DNA from: an uncultured Candidatus Rokubacteria bacterium
GTDB lineage: Bacteria; Methylomirabilota; Methylomirabilia; Rokubacteriales; DASRDR01
Length of the DNA stretch: 64,000 nt
Assembly: GCA_963805625.1 (NCBI GenBank)
Contig: CAWDVE010000018.1
Coordinates: 1-64,000, forward strand
Direction of reading: 5' to 3'
In this document: positions 19,339 through 31,751 of the stretch, in pieces
Layout of the letters: every line of letters begins with the position of its first letter
How positions within the stretch are numbered: the first letter of the stretch is position 1
Notes under the pieces: model-generated
Database searches by the model: none
Told to the model about the DNA's origin: nothing
The model's input: only the letters and a program-made list of their open reading frames with translations
Program-made: the position numbers and the translations under genes

Positions 19339-21083
19339 TGCTGACACGGCGCGGGCTCGCGAGCGTGCTCGTCACGCTCCTGTTCCTGGGCTGCGCGGCC
19401 GGGCCCAACTCCGGGGGCATCGCCCCGGAGGCGGGTACGGCCGCCGAGCGGAATCGCGCGGCGATGGAGCGGCCGGCGGACCCGATCGCCTACCTCCACC
19501 TGGTCCGGGCGCACTATCACGCGGAGGCGGCCGAATGGCCGCAGGCCGTGGCCGAGCTCCGGCGGGCCCTCGACCGCGACCCGCGATCGGCGACGCTCTG
19601 GCATCTGCTCGCGCGCTGGCTCGGCCGCCAGGGCGCTCACGCCGAGGCGGTCGCGGCGGCGAAGGAGGCCATCGCCCTCGACCCGAAGCGGCCGGGAAGC
19701 TACCTCACGCTCGCCGAGGCGTTCCACGCTCAGAAGAACGACCGCGACGCGGCCGCCGCCCTCGAGCAGGCGATCCAGCTGAACCCGAAGGCACCAGAGC
19801 CGTACGAGACCCTCGCGCGCTACGCCGCGGAGCGGAAGGACTACGCTCAGGCCTCGGCCGCGCTAGAGCGGCTCCTGCAGGTCCAGCCGCAGCACGCCCG
19901 TGCGCACTTCCTCCTCGGTCGCCTCGCGCTCGAGCGCGAGGCGTGGGACGACGCCGTGCCCCATCTCCGGCGGGCGGTCGAGCTCGACCCGGACCAGGAC
20001 GGCGCCTGGGCGGCGCTGGCCTTCGTCTACGAGCAGCAGAAGAAGCCCGAGGAAGCCGTGCGCGTCTACCGGGACGCGATCGAGGCGAACTCCGACAACC
20101 TGGCGCTCCGCGACCGCCTGGGCGAGCTGCTGGTGCGACTCGGTAACCTGGCCGGCGCCGGCGAGGCCTTCCAGGGCCTCGTCGATCAGGCGCCCAACGA
20201 TCCCCGGGTTTGGATGAAGCTCGGGGCCGTCCTCTACGAGCAGAAGGCATACGACCGCGCGATCGAGGCGTTCCAGCGCGCCCTCGCCCTCGAGCCGCAG
20301 AACCTGCGCGCCCGGTTCTACCTCGCCTCCTCCTACCTCGACGCCGGGCGCGAGGGCGAGGCGCTCGAGGCGCTCAACGAGGTGCTTCGCTCCGACCCGA
20401 AGAACGTGGACGCGCGGCTCCAACTCGGGTTCCTCCACAGCCGGGCGAAGCGTTACGACGACGCCGTCCGGGTGCTGACCGAAGCGGCTAACCTCGACCC
20501 GCGCCGTCCGGAGATCTTCCTCTACCTCGGCATGGCGCACTACCGTGCCGCCCGGTACGATCGCGCGGTGCGGGCGTACGAGGAGGGGCTCGCGATCGAC
20601 GAGGCCCACAAGGACCTGCACTTCCAGCTGGGCGTCGCGTTCGAGAAGCAGGGGCGGTTCGACCAGGCGGTGGCCGAGTTCCGGCGCGTCATCCTGCTCG
20701 ATCCCAAGCACGCCGAGGCATACAACTACGTCGGCTACATGTTCGCCGAGAAGGGCATCCGCCTCGACGAGGCAGAGCGCCTGATCCAGAAGGCCCTCGA
20801 GCTCGAGCCCGAGAACGGGTACTACATCGACAGCCTCGGCTGGGCCTACTACCAGCAGGGGCGCTATGGCGACGCCATCCGCGAGCTCCGACGCGCGGTG
20901 GAGCTCACGCGCGGCAAGGAGGACGCGGTCATCTACGATCACCTCGGCGAGGCTTATCTCAAGGCGGGCGACGAGCCGTCCGCGCTCGCGGCCTGGGAGA
21001 AGTCACTCGAGCTTGACCCCGCCAACGAGATCGTTCGCCAGAAGATCCAGAAGACCCGCCAGCGCCAAGAAGGCCGGAAGTAA
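19335..21083 (+). CDS. TPR-repeat lipoprotein
   Basis: Lipobox-like FLGC; many TPRs; AYNYVGY and IDSLGWAYY motifs typical of the TPR gene upstream of ispE. Confidence 0.88.
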   Translation: MMLTRRGLASVLVTLLFLGCAAGPNSGGIAPEAGTAAERNRAAMERPADPIAYLHLVRAHYHAEAAEWPQAVAELRRALDRDPRSATLWHLLARWLGRQGAHAEAVAAAKEAIALDPKRPGSYLTLAEAFHAQKNDRDAAAALEQAIQLNPKAPEPYETLARYAAERKDYAQASAALERLLQVQPQHARAHFLLGRLALEREAWDDAVPHLRRAVELDPDQDGAWAALAFVYEQQKKPEEAVRVYRDAIEANSDNLALRDRLGELLVRLGNLAGAGEAFQGLVDQAPNDPRVWMKLGAVLYEQKAYDRAIEAFQRALALEPQNLRARFYLASSYLDAGREGEALEALNEVLRSDPKNVDARLQLGFLHSRAKRYDDAVRVLTEAANLDPRRPEIFLYLGMAHYRAARYDRAVRAYEEGLAIDEAHKDLHFQLGVAFEKQGRFDQAVAEFRRVILLDPKHAEAYNYVGYMFAEKGIRLDEAERLIQKALELEPENGYYIDSLGWAYYQQGRYGDAIRELRRAVELTRGKEDAVIYDHLGEAYLKAGDEPSALAAWEKSLELDPANEIVRQKIQKTRQRQEGRK

Positions 21084-21084
21084 G

Positions 21085-21870
21085 GTGCGGGGGCGGGTCC
21101 GCCGCGGCGCGCGGCAAGCCGCGGTCGCCCGCCTGCTGGCTCTCGCCCTCGCCGGTTGCGCGACCACGGGGCCGGCCCCGCCGGCGGCCGCGCCCATCGC
21201 GCCCGCTCAGGCTGTCGAGCTCGCCCAGCGGTGGGCCGCGGAGTGGAAGAGCTTCCCGGGCATGCGGGCCGCGATCGACCTCACGGTCAAGAACCGCCGG
21301 GGGAGCGAGCGCGCCGCGGCGCTGCTCCTCATGGCACCGACCGCGCTCCGCATCGAGGTGGCGACCCCGTTCGGGTTGCCCGCCCTGGTGGCGACGGCCG
21401 GGCCCGACGACATCACCATCTTCCGGGTGCTCGAGCGCCGGGCCCAGACCACCCACCCCTCCCCGGCCGCCGTCGAGCGCTGGCTCGGCGTCGCGCTGCC
21501 GCCGGTGACCCTGATCCGCCTCCTCGTCGGCAACGTCCCGCCCCCGGCCGACCCGCACGTGATCGCCGTCGAGCGCACGCCGAGCCCGCATCTCACCTGG
21601 ACCGACAACGGCGTGCGGCACCGGGTCTGGGTGACGGCGGAGGGGCGGCCCGCGCGCCTCCTCCTGGAGGGGGCCAGCGGGGGCGGGGACCGCCTCGCAG
21701 CCAACTTCGAGTGGAACGCGGCCGGCGGCCTAGTCGCCGTCGCACTCGAGGCGCCTGACCGGGGCGCCGAGCTCACGGTCCGGTATCTCTCGGCGGAGTA
21801 TGTCGAGAGTCCGCCCGAGGCGTTCCGTCTCGCCCTCCCGCCAGACATCCCGATCCAGCGGCTTGATTGA
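21085..21870 (+). CDS. Lipoprotein with putative LolB/LolA-like fold
   Basis: Lipobox LALAGC, LRIEVATPFG motif; occupies the lolB slot between the TPR gene and ispE. Confidence 0.6.
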   Translation: MRGRVRRGARQAAVARLLALALAGCATTGPAPPAAAPIAPAQAVELAQRWAAEWKSFPGMRAAIDLTVKNRRGSERAAALLLMAPTALRIEVATPFGLPALVATAGPDDITIFRVLERRAQTTHPSPAAVERWLGVALPPVTLIRLLVGNVPPPADPHVIAVERTPSPHLTWTDNGVRHRVWVTAEGRPARLLLEGASGGGDRLAANFEWNAAGGLVAVALEAPDRGAELTVRYLSAEYVESPPEAFRLALPPDIPIQRLD

Positions 21871-21885
21871 CAGGAACTCTGCGTC

Positions 21886-22983
21886 GTGTTAGCGTTTTCC
21901 GCGTTCTCCGGCGGGCGAGTGGAGGTCCGGGCGCGGGCCAAGATCAACCTGGGGTTGGAGGTGCTCGGACGGCGGGCCGATGGCTACCACGAGCTCCGCT
22001 CGGTCATGTGGGCTATCGAGCTGGCCGACCGTGTGACCCTCGAGGCCAGCGGCACAGACATCACGCTCGAGTGTGCGGCACCTGATGTCCCGCGTACCCG
22101 GGACAACCTTGCCTGGCGGGCTGCTGAGCTCGTTCGCCAGGAGATGGGCACGGCGGCCGGGCTTCGGATTCGGATCGAGAAGCGAATTCCGGTGGCGGCA
22201 GGTCTGGGCGGAGGCTCCACGGACGCGGCGGCCGTTCTTGCCGGGTTCAGGAGCTTCCGGAGGAGCGGGCCCGGACCGCGCCGGTTGGAGGCCATGGCGG
22301 TGGCGCTCGGGATGGACGTGCCGTTCTTCCTGGGCCGGAGCCCGGCCTTCGCGTGGGGACGCGGTGAGGAGCTGCGGACGCTCCGGGCGAGCACCGGCCT
22401 GTCGCTCGTGCTCGCAAATCCGGGCTTTCCGCTGGCCACTCGCGACGTGTACGGGCGGCTCGAGCCCGCCGACTACGGCGACGGGCGCCGGGTGAACGCT
22501 CTCGTGATGGCCCTCCGCCGTGGGGCGCAGGCGATCGCAGCCACGGTGACGAATGGGCTCGAGCGCGCGGCCGTGCGCCTGTGGCCCGGGTTGGCCGAGG
22601 TCAAGGCGGCGCTGCTGGAGGCGGGGTGCCTGGCCGCGTTGATGTCGGGCAGCGGCCCGACCGTGCTGGGGATCGCGCCCTCGCATCGGGCGGCCCTCCG
22701 GGTCCGGGACGCGCTGGGCGCGCGGCCGTGGCGGCTCTGGGTCACGCGCACGGTCACCGGCCCGGTGCTGACGATCCGGCGCGCGGAGCCGGCCCGGGGG
22801 CGGCCCGGCCTCGGGCCGACGCAGGGCCGGGACGACCTGGGGCGTCGCCAAGTGGTAAGGCACGGGACTTTGGATCCCGTATTCGGAGGTTCGAATCCTC
22901 CCGCCCCAACCATCCGGACGAGGCGCGGGCCCGCCCACGCGGGCCTCGTGAAGGAGTGGCAGAAGCCATGCCGTACGAGCTGA
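21886..22983 (+). CDS. ispE: 4-diphosphocytidyl-2-C-methyl-D-erythritol kinase; ORF reads through tRNA-Gln
   Basis: [45 protein letters not shown]; recognisable homology ends near 22760. Confidence 0.92.
   Translation: MLAFSAFSGGRVEVRARAKINLGLEVLGRRADGYHELRSVMWAIELADRVTLEASGTDITLECAAPDVPRTRDNLAWRAAELVRQEMGTAAGLRIRIEKRIPVAAGLGGGSTDAAAVLAGFRSFRRSGPGPRRLEAMAVALGMDVPFFLGRSPAFAWGRGEELRTLRASTGLSLVLANPGFPLATRDVYGRLEPADYGDGRRVNALVMALRRGAQAIAATVTNGLERAAVRLWPGLAEVKAALLEAGCLAALMSGSGPTVLGIAPSHRAALRVRDALGARPWRLWVTRTVTGPVLTIRRAEPARGRPGLGPTQGRDDLGRRQVVRHGTLDPVFGGSNPPAPTIRTRRGPAHAGLVKEWQKPCRTS
22838..22912 (+). tRNA. tRNA-Gln(TTG)
   Basis: TGGGGCG acceptor/CGCCCCA, anticodon arm CGGGA-CTTTGGA-TCCCG, GGTTCGAATCC T-arm, encoded CCA. 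Confidence 0.97.
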
Positions 22984-23906
22984 AGCTGTTCACCGGGAAC
23001 GCGCACCACGCGCTCGCGGAGGAGATCGCGGCCTGCCTCGGGATCCCCCTCGGCCAGGCGGAGGTCACCCGGTTCTCCGACGGCGAGGTCTTCGTCCAGC
23101 TCGACGAGAATGTCCGGGGGGCGGACGTCTTCATCGTCCAGCCCACGTGCCCCCCCGTGAACGATTCCCTGATGGAGCTTCTGGTGATGCTCGACGCCGT
23201 GAAGCGGGCCTCGGCCGCGCGCGTCACGGCGGTGCTGCCGTACTACGGGTACGCACGCCAGGACCGGAAGGTGCAGCCGCGCGTGCCGATCTCGGCCAAG
23301 CTCGTGGCCGACCTGATCACCGCCGCGGGCGCGCAGCGCGTCCTCGCCCTCGACCTCCACGCGGGGCAGATCCAGGGCTTCTTCAACATCCCGGTCGACC
23401 ATCTCTTTGCCGCCCCGGTCGTGATCGACTACCTCGACAAGCGCGGGCTCTCCGACCTGGTCGTCGTCTCGCCCGACGCGGGCGGGGTCGAACGGGCGCG
23501 GGCCATCGCCAAGCGACTCCGCGCGGGACTCGCCATCATCGACAAGCGCCGCGACGGCCCCAACGTCGCCGTCTTCATGTACTTGATCGGCGACGTCAAG
23601 GGCAAGGACGCGGTCATCATCGACGACATGATCGACACCGCGGGCACGCTGGTCCAGGCCGCCGACGCGCTCAAGCGCGAGGGCGCCCGGCGCATCCTCG
23701 CCTGCGGCGTGCACCCCGTGCTCTCCGGGCCCGCGATGGCGCGCATCGAGGGCGCGCCGCTCGAGGAGCTCGTGGTCACGAACTCCATCCCGCTCACCAA
23801 GGACAAGCAGATCCCTAAGATCACGGTTCTCTCGGTCGCGCCCCTCCTGGCGGAGGCGATCCGGCGCATCCACGACGAGGAATCGGTATCCACCCTGTTC
23901 GTGTAG
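22968..23906 (+). CDS. prs: Ribose-phosphate pyrophosphokinase
   Basis: [43 protein letters not shown]. Confidence 0.97.
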   Translation: MPYELKLFTGNAHHALAEEIAACLGIPLGQAEVTRFSDGEVFVQLDENVRGADVFIVQPTCPPVNDSLMELLVMLDAVKRASAARVTAVLPYYGYARQDRKVQPRVPISAKLVADLITAAGAQRVLALDLHAGQIQGFFNIPVDHLFAAPVVIDYLDKRGLSDLVVVSPDAGGVERARAIAKRLRAGLAIIDKRRDGPNVAVFMYLIGDVKGKDAVIIDDMIDTAGTLVQAADALKREGARRILACGVHPVLSGPAMARIEGAPLEELVVTNSIPLTKDKQIPKITVLSVAPLLAEAIRRIHDEESVSTLFV

Positions 23907-23935
23907 GCGCCGGACGCGCCAAGGAGACGGTTGAC

Positions 23936-24616
23936 ATGAACATCCGCGAGCTGTCAGTCGAGTCCCGCGAGGCTGTGGGGAAGGGCGCGGTCGGCCGTCT
24001 TCGCAGGAAGGGCCTCGTCCCGGCCATTCTTTATGGCGCCGGGAACGCCCCCTTGCCCCTCGCCGTGGTGCCCGCCGAGATGCAGCGCACCCTTCACGGC
24101 CATGGCGCCGGCGGCGTGCTGGTGAACCTCCGGCTGGCCGGCGACGCCGAGCCGCGGACGGCCGTCGTTCGCGAGCTCCAGTACGACCCGGTCCGCGACA
24201 CCCTGATTCACATCGACTTCCAGGCGGTGCGGATGGACGAGGAGATCACGGTAGAGGTGCCGATCCACGTGATCGGCGAGGCCGCCGGCGTCAAGGAGCA
24301 GAGCGGCGTGCTCGCCCTCCTCATGCGCACCGTCGAGGTCTCGTGCCTCCCGGCGCTGATCCCGGAGCGGATCGACGTCGACGTCTCGTCTCTCCACATC
24401 CACGACGTGGCGACCGTCGCCAACCTCCAGCTTCCGGAGGGAGTCCGCGTGACGACGCCCAGCTCTCAGCCGGTCGCCACCGTCGCCCCGCCGATGGCCG
24501 AGGAGGTCGTGGCGGCCGTGGTCGCGCCGGCGGCGGAGCCCGAGGTCGTCACCGAGCGCAAGCCGAAGGACGAGGACGAGGCCAAGGGCAAGGAGGAGGG
24601 CAAGGCCAAGAAGTAG
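23936..24616 (+). CDS. rplY: 50S ribosomal protein L25/Ctc
   Basis: GKGAVGRLRR, VPAILYG, HIDFQ, CLPALIPE; prs-rplY-pth synteny. Confidence 0.95.
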   Translation: MNIRELSVESREAVGKGAVGRLRRKGLVPAILYGAGNAPLPLAVVPAEMQRTLHGHGAGGVLVNLRLAGDAEPRTAVVRELQYDPVRDTLIHIDFQAVRMDEEITVEVPIHVIGEAAGVKEQSGVLALLMRTVEVSCLPALIPERIDVDVSSLHIHDVATVANLQLPEGVRVTTPSSQPVATVAPPMAEEVVAAVVAPAAEPEVVTERKPKDEDEAKGKEEGKAKK

Positions 24617-24652
24617 GGCCGGTCCGCGCCGCCGGCTGCCGGGTGCCTGCCG

Positions 24653-25210
24653 ATGGCGGCGGACGTGGTCTCGTCGCCTCGCGTGATCGTGGGCCTCGGC
24701 AACCCGGGCTCGGAGTACCGCGAGACGCGGCACAACCTCGGCCATCGGGTCGTCGAGGAGCTGGCGGCACGTCTCGACGCCCGGTTCCGGCTCCGCGGCC
24801 CCGCTCATGTGGCCGAGGCCGCCTGGCAGGGGGTGCCGCTCTACCTCGCCAAGCTGGTCAGCTTCATGAACGTCAGCGGGCCGCCACTGGCACGGCTCCT
24901 CCGGCTCCTCGACGCCACCCCCAGCCAGCTGGTCGTCGTGTACGACGATCTGGACCTGCCGTTCGGGACCGTGCGGACACGTCAGCGGGGCCGGCATGGG
25001 GGGCATCACGGCATGGAGTCGATCCTGGCGACCGTGGGCACCCGGGAGGTCCCGCGCGTCAAGATCGGGGTGGGGCGACCCGCGACCCGGGACGAGGTGG
25101 TGGATTGGGTGCTCACGGGATTCTCGAACGAGGAGCGGGAGGCGCTGCCCGGGGTGATCGAGCGCGCGGCCGACGCGGCCCTAGGGCTGGCCGTCGGCGC
25201 CCCGCCATGA
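24653..25210 (+). CDS. pth: Peptidyl-tRNA hydrolase
   Basis: [40 protein letters not shown]. Confidence 0.95.
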   Translation: MAADVVSSPRVIVGLGNPGSEYRETRHNLGHRVVEELAARLDARFRLRGPAHVAEAAWQGVPLYLAKLVSFMNVSGPPLARLLRLLDATPSQLVVVYDDLDLPFGTVRTRQRGRHGGHHGMESILATVGTREVPRVKIGVGRPATRDEVVDWVLTGFSNEEREALPGVIERAADAALGLAVGAPP

Positions 25211-25236
25211 GAGTGTGCCGTCGGGGGGCCCGCGCG

Positions 25237-25265
25237 TGGACTCCGCAGGGGCCCCGTGCTATAAA
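25237..25265 (+). promoter_or_regulatory. sigma70 promoter of the rpsU-mutS2-dnaG-rpoD operon
   Basis: TGGACT-N17-TATAAA with extended -10 TG. Confidence 0.6.
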
Positions 25266-25310
25266 CTATCCGTTTACCCAAGCGACCAGTACGGAAGGGG
25301 GGACGCGCAC

Positions 25311-25505
25311 GTGACGAAGGTCATCGTGGAGCCTGACGAGTCCTTCGAGAGCGCGCTCAAGCGCTTCAAGAAGCAGTGCGAGAAGGCGGGGCTCCTCTCC
25401 GAGCTGAAAAAGCGCCAGCATTACGAGAAGCCGAGCGTCCGGCGGAAGCGCAAGGCGCTGGCGGCTCGCAAGAAGGCCAAGCGACGGGAGCGCTACTCGG
25501 ACTAG
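25311..25505 (+). CDS. rpsU: 30S ribosomal protein S21
   Basis: [33 protein letters not shown]; GTG start. Confidence 0.96.
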   Translation: MTKVIVEPDESFESALKRFKKQCEKAGLLSELKKRQHYEKPSVRRKRKALAARKKAKRRERYSD

Positions 25506-25527
25506 CCCCGGGGGTCGGACGGTCGAG

Positions 25528-27939
25528 GTGGAGTTGATCCGCGACGACCTCCTGGGCAGGCACCCCTTTCGTAACTTGCTCGCGCGCTTCGCGGCGACGC
25601 CATCGGGGCAGGACCGCGCTCGGGCGCTCGTGCCGCACCATACCCTGACCACCGTACGAAGCGCCCTCCAGGAGACGACCGAGGCGCGCCGGGCCCTGAC
25701 GGCCGAAGGCCCGCCGCCGTGGGACGGGACGGGTGATGCCCGCCCGATCCTGGCCGAGGCGGCACCGGCGGGCGCGGTCCTCGACGGTCCCTCTCTGGTC
25801 CTGCTGGGGCGCGGTCTCGCATCGGCGGCCCGGCTCCGGGCGTACGGCCAGGGGATCGCAACCGTCGCACCCGGGCTCGCCACGGCCTGGGCCGCCTTGC
25901 CCGCCTTTCCCGACCTCGCCCGCACCCTTGACGAGGCCCTCGATCCCGACGGACGGCTGACGGACCGCGCCAGCCCGCGCCTCCGCGCACTCCGCCGCCA
26001 GATCACGACGCTCCGTGCCGAGCTCCAGGCCCGCGTCGAGCGACTCCTCGATCACCCCGCCATCCTGCCCGCGCTCCAGGAGCATTACGTCACGCTCCGG
26101 AACGGCCGCTACGTGATCCCGGTCCGGGACGACGCTCGCCGCGCGGTCCGCGGGATCATCCACGACCGGTCGCAGAGCGGCGCCACGGTGTTCGTGGAGC
26201 CCGAGGAGACGATCCCGCTCAACAACGAGCTCACGCGGCTCTGCCTCGAGGAGCGGGACGAGGAGCAGCGCGTGCTCGGGGAGTTGACCGACGCCGTGCG
26301 GCGCGTTCTGCCGGCCCTGGCGGAGCTCGTCGAGGGGCTCGGCGCCCTCGATCTCATCTTCGCCCGCGCCGCCCTCGCCGAGCGGCTCCACGCTTCCGAG
26401 CCCGAGGTGGACGTCGGCGGCGACCTCGATCTCCGTGCGGCCCGGCATCCGCTGCTGGTCGCCCAGCGGTGGGGAGCCCCGCCGGGTGCGGGCGATGTCG
26501 TCCCGATCGACCTCCGGGTGCCGGCGGACCGGCCCGGTCTGGTCCTGAGCGGCCCGAACGCGGGCGGCAAGACCGTTGCGCTCGAAACGGCCGGCCTTCT
26601 GGTCCTCATGGCCCAGGCCGGCTGCCACATCCCCGCCGCCCCCGGGAGCCGGGTGCCACTCTCGGACCAGGTGTTGGCGGTGATCGGCGACGAGCAGAGC
26701 CTCGCCCAAGACCTCTCGACGTTCTCGTCGTTCGTCCGCCAGGTGCGAGAGATCCTGGACGTCGCCCGGCCAGGGTCGCTCGTTCTCCTCGATGAACTCG
26801 GCGCGGGAACCGACCCGACCGAGGGCGCGGCGCTCGGGGCGGCGCTGCTCGAGGCGCTCCTCGACCGAGGGGCGCGCATCATCGTCACGACACACCTCGA
26901 GCCCCTCAAGGTCTTCGCCCAGGTGGAGCCGCGTCTCCAGAACGCGACCGTCGCGTTCGACACCGAGCGGCTCGAGCCGACGTTCCGCCTGGAGTACGGT
27001 CATCCGGGACCGAGCCACGCCCTCACGATCGGGAGGCGTCTCGGCCTCCCTGCCGAGGTCATCGCCCGCGCCCGGACGCACGTCGGCGAAGAGAGCCGCC
27101 GACTCGAAGCCCTCCTGGCCACGCTGGAGGCGCGGACCCGGGAGGCCGAGGCCCGTGGCGCGCTGGCCGCCCGCCGTGAGGCGGAAGCGGCGAACGCGCT
27201 GGCGGGCGCCCAGGTCGCGGCCGAGCGCGCCCGGACCGAGGCGCGGGAGCTCAGGTGCGCGGCGGAGCAGCAAGCGCAGGCGCTCCTGGCCGATGCGCGG
27301 CGCCAAGTGGGCCAGGAGCTCGACCGCCTGAAGACCGACGCGGCCGGCGGGCGCCGCGCGGCGCAAGAGGCCTACCGGCGACTGCGCGCCGCGGAGGCGA
27401 CGCTCCAGCCGGTTCCGACGGCAAGCGACGAGCCCGCCCCCCCGGGCGAGGTCCAGCTCCGCGGTCTTGGGCTCCGCGGCCGCGTGGTGGCGGAGGCCGG
27501 CGGCCTGGTCACCGTGCAGGCCGGCAGCCTCACGGTGAGGGTGGCGCGGAGCGAGATCGAGCCCGCCACGGGCGGCAGGCCCAAGACGCCCGGGGCAGCC
27601 GTGTCGCTGCCGGTACGGGAGGACGTGCCTCGGGAGCTCCGCCTCCTCGGCCTCACGTCCGACGAGGCGCGTGCGGCGGTCGAGAAGTTCCTCGACGACG
27701 CGGTGCTGGCCGGACACCGGGAGATCCGGCTGGTCCACGGCAAGGGCACGGGCGCGCTCCGGCGCGCGGTGGAAGGGTGCCTCCGCGGGCATCCCTTGGT
27801 CGGCAGCTTCCGCCTCGCCGAGCCATCGGCCGGCGGCGCGGGCGCCACCGTCGTGGCGCTCGAGGGAGCCGAGGCCCCCGAGGGGCTCGCGCGACGGCGC
27901 GGCCCGCGCGCGCTCCCGGGTCGGAGGGCCAGCCGATGA
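25528..27939 (+). CDS. mutS2: MutS2 (ATPase, coiled coil, Smr domain)
   Basis: GIIHDRSQSGATVFVEP, GPNAGGKT, IGDEQS, LDELGAGTDP, VHGKGTGAL Smr motif. Confidence 0.93.
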   Translation: MELIRDDLLGRHPFRNLLARFAATPSGQDRARALVPHHTLTTVRSALQETTEARRALTAEGPPPWDGTGDARPILAEAAPAGAVLDGPSLVLLGRGLASAARLRAYGQGIATVAPGLATAWAALPAFPDLARTLDEALDPDGRLTDRASPRLRALRRQITTLRAELQARVERLLDHPAILPALQEHYVTLRNGRYVIPVRDDARRAVRGIIHDRSQSGATVFVEPEETIPLNNELTRLCLEERDEEQRVLGELTDAVRRVLPALAELVEGLGALDLIFARAALAERLHASEPEVDVGGDLDLRAARHPLLVAQRWGAPPGAGDVVPIDLRVPADRPGLVLSGPNAGGKTVALETAGLLVLMAQAGCHIPAAPGSRVPLSDQVLAVIGDEQSLAQDLSTFSSFVRQVREILDVARPGSLVLLDELGAGTDPTEGAALGAALLEALLDRGARIIVTTHLEPLKVFAQVEPRLQNATVAFDTERLEPTFRLEYGHPGPSHALTIGRRLGLPAEVIARARTHVGEESRRLEALLATLEARTREAEARGALAARREAEAANALAGAQVAAERARTEARELRCAAEQQAQALLADARRQVGQELDRLKTDAAGGRRAAQEAYRRLRAAEATLQPVPTASDEPAPPGEVQLRGLGLRGRVVAEAGGLVTVQAGSLTVRVARSEIEPATGGRPKTPGAAVSLPVREDVPRELRLLGLTSDEARAAVEKFLDDAVLAGHREIRLVHGKGTGALRRAVEGCLRGHPLVGSFRLAEPSAGGAGATVVALEGAEAPEGLARRRGPRALPGRRASR

Positions 27940-29750
27940 GAGTGCCCCCCGAGGTTCTGGACGAGATCCGGGCGCGCGTGGATCTCGTGGACCTCGTGGG
28001 GGCGGTCGTGCCGCTCAAGCGCGCCGGAGAGCGCTGGAAGGGCCTCTGTCCCTTCCACCAGGAGAAGACGCCCTCCTTCACGGTTCACCCGAAGCTCAAC
28101 CTCTTCCACTGCTTCGGCTGCCACGCGGGCGGCGACGCCTTCGAGTTCCTGCGCCGGCACGATCGCCTCGATTTTCCCGAGGCCGTTCGCCTCCTGGCCG
28201 ACCGGGCCGGCGTCCCCTTGCCGGGTCGCGAGTCGACGCCCGAGGCCGGCGCCCGCGACGGGCTGCTCACGCTCATGGAGTGGGCCGCGCGTCGCTTCGA
28301 GTCGTGGCTCTGGGAGGGGACGGAGGCGGAGCGCGCCCGCGCCTATCTCGACGGACGCGGGATCGGGCGCGAGATCGCGCACGCCTTCCGCCTCGGCTAC
28401 GCGCCCGAGGGCTGGGACCACCTCCTCGGCGCCGCGCGCAAGGACGGCCATCCGGTCGAGGCGCTCCTCGGAGGTGGGCTCGTACTCCCCCGGCAGAATG
28501 CCTCCGGCTACTACGACCGCTTCCGGGGGCGGCTCATCTTCCCGATCGCGGACACGCAGGGTCGCGTCATTGCGTTCGGGGGCCGGGCGCTGGCCGGGGA
28601 AGAGCCGAAGTACCTCAACTCGCCCGAGACGCCGCTCTACCAGAAGGGGCAGACGCTCTACGCCCTTCACCGCGCGCGCGAGCGGATGACCGAGAATCGC
28701 CGAGCGCTCCTGGTCGAAGGCTACGTCGACTGCCTGATGGCGCACCAGCACGGCTTCGGGGAGGCCGTGGCCGTTCTCGGGACCGCCCTGACGCCACCCC
28801 AGCTCGGGCTGCTTCGCCGCTATGCCGACGAGGCGATCCTCTTCTTCGACGCCGACCGCGCGGGGCAGGAAGCGGCGCGGCGCGCCGAGGATCTCCTCGA
28901 GCGGTCGGCGGATCCCCAGTGGTGGGCGCTCACCCGGCGCTCGGACACGCTCGCGCGGCGGGGTCTCCGGCTCCGGGTCGCGACGCTCCCGGCCGGCCAC
29001 GACCCCGATACATTCCTGCGGGCCGAAGGCCCCGAGGCCCTCGAGGCGGCCTGCCGCGCCGCCCGGCCCCTCCTCCTCTTCGCGCTCGACCGCGTGTTCT
29101 CCGAGGAGGACACGGCGAGCCCGCGGGGCCGCGCCACCGGCAGCGCCCGGGTCGCCCTCATGCTCTCGAAGGTGCAGGACGGCGACGAGGCGATCGAGCT
29201 CGGGCGCGAGGCGGCCCGGCGGCTCGGCGTCGACCCGAGCGATCTCTGGCTCCAGGCCCAGCGTCTGGCCGAGGCGGTCCGCCCGACCGCACCGGCGGCC
29301 GCGACGGTCCCGCCGCCCCAGAATGTGACGTGGTTCGAGCGGGACCTCTGCCAACTGGTGCTCCAGGCCCCGGAGGCGCGCGAGGCGCTGCTGCCGCTGA
29401 TCGACGCCGCCGGCATCGTGCACCCGGCAGCCCGGGCCATCCTGGCGGCGCTCCGTGACGAGCCGGCCCTGGCGCCGGAGGCGCTCCTCCAACGGTTACC
29501 GGACGACAGCGCGCGCACGCTCCTCGCCCGGTGGCTCGTCGAGGAGCGCGAGTGGCCCGACCTCGCCGCCGAGGTGGCCGCGCGACGACGCCGGCTCGAG
29601 CGTCGGCAGGCCCAGCGCCGGGTCCGCGAGATCTCGCAGACGGTCGCGCGGTCAGAGGCGACCGGCGTCACGACGGACTTCAACTCGCTTCATACGGCCA
29701 TCGGCCAGGAGACGCCCCGAATCCGGGCCGATGCCGGAGGCAGCCTGTGA
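27936..29750 (+). CDS. dnaG: DNA primase
   Basis: [11 protein letters not shown]...CFGC Zn finger, [30 protein letters not shown]. Confidence 0.96.
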   Translation: MRVPPEVLDEIRARVDLVDLVGAVVPLKRAGERWKGLCPFHQEKTPSFTVHPKLNLFHCFGCHAGGDAFEFLRRHDRLDFPEAVRLLADRAGVPLPGRESTPEAGARDGLLTLMEWAARRFESWLWEGTEAERARAYLDGRGIGREIAHAFRLGYAPEGWDHLLGAARKDGHPVEALLGGGLVLPRQNASGYYDRFRGRLIFPIADTQGRVIAFGGRALAGEEPKYLNSPETPLYQKGQTLYALHRARERMTENRRALLVEGYVDCLMAHQHGFGEAVAVLGTALTPPQLGLLRRYADEAILFFDADRAGQEAARRAEDLLERSADPQWWALTRRSDTLARRGLRLRVATLPAGHDPDTFLRAEGPEALEAACRAARPLLLFALDRVFSEEDTASPRGRATGSARVALMLSKVQDGDEAIELGREAARRLGVDPSDLWLQAQRLAEAVRPTAPAAATVPPPQNVTWFERDLCQLVLQAPEAREALLPLIDAAGIVHPAARAILAALRDEPALAPEALLQRLPDDSARTLLARWLVEEREWPDLAAEVAARRRRLERRQAQRRVREISQTVARSEATGVTTDFNSLHTAIGQETPRIRADAGGSL

Positions 29751-29791
29751 GCCCTGGTTCGCCCGAACCCCACGATGGAGGACGCACGTCC

Positions 29792-31552
<1,761 letters not shown>

Positions 31553-31671
31553 GACCCGCCGGGCCGCCGCGCAGCGCCGCCACCCGCCAGGTTAGACGCC
31601 CCCCGGCACCGCTCGGTTCGGACGCTCCGGTTTGTGGCCTTGTCCGAAATCTGCTAGCATCACCTCCGCTT

Positions 31672-31747
31672 GGGCCCATAGCTCAATTGGCAGAGCCGCC
31701 GGCTCATAACCGGTCTGGTCCTGGTTCGAGTCCGGGTGGGCCCACCA
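31672..31747 (+). tRNA. tRNA with CAT anticodon, most likely tRNA-Ile2 (lysidine); elongator Met possible
   Basis: GGGCCCA/TGGGCCC acceptor, CCGG-CTCATAA-CCGG anticodon arm, GGTTCGAGTCC, CCA end; located after rpoD like E. coli ileX. Confidence 0.9.
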
Positions 31748-31751
31748 CCTA

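Noticed and set aside
25528-27939. mutS2 inside the rpsU-dnaG-rpoD operon as a novelty
   Set aside because: A similar arrangement is familiar from deltaproteobacteria-like genomes.
31672-31747. tRNA(CAT) or tRNA-Gln as island integration sites
   Set aside because: No duplicated 3' ends were seen by eye in the window, and both are flanked by core genes.
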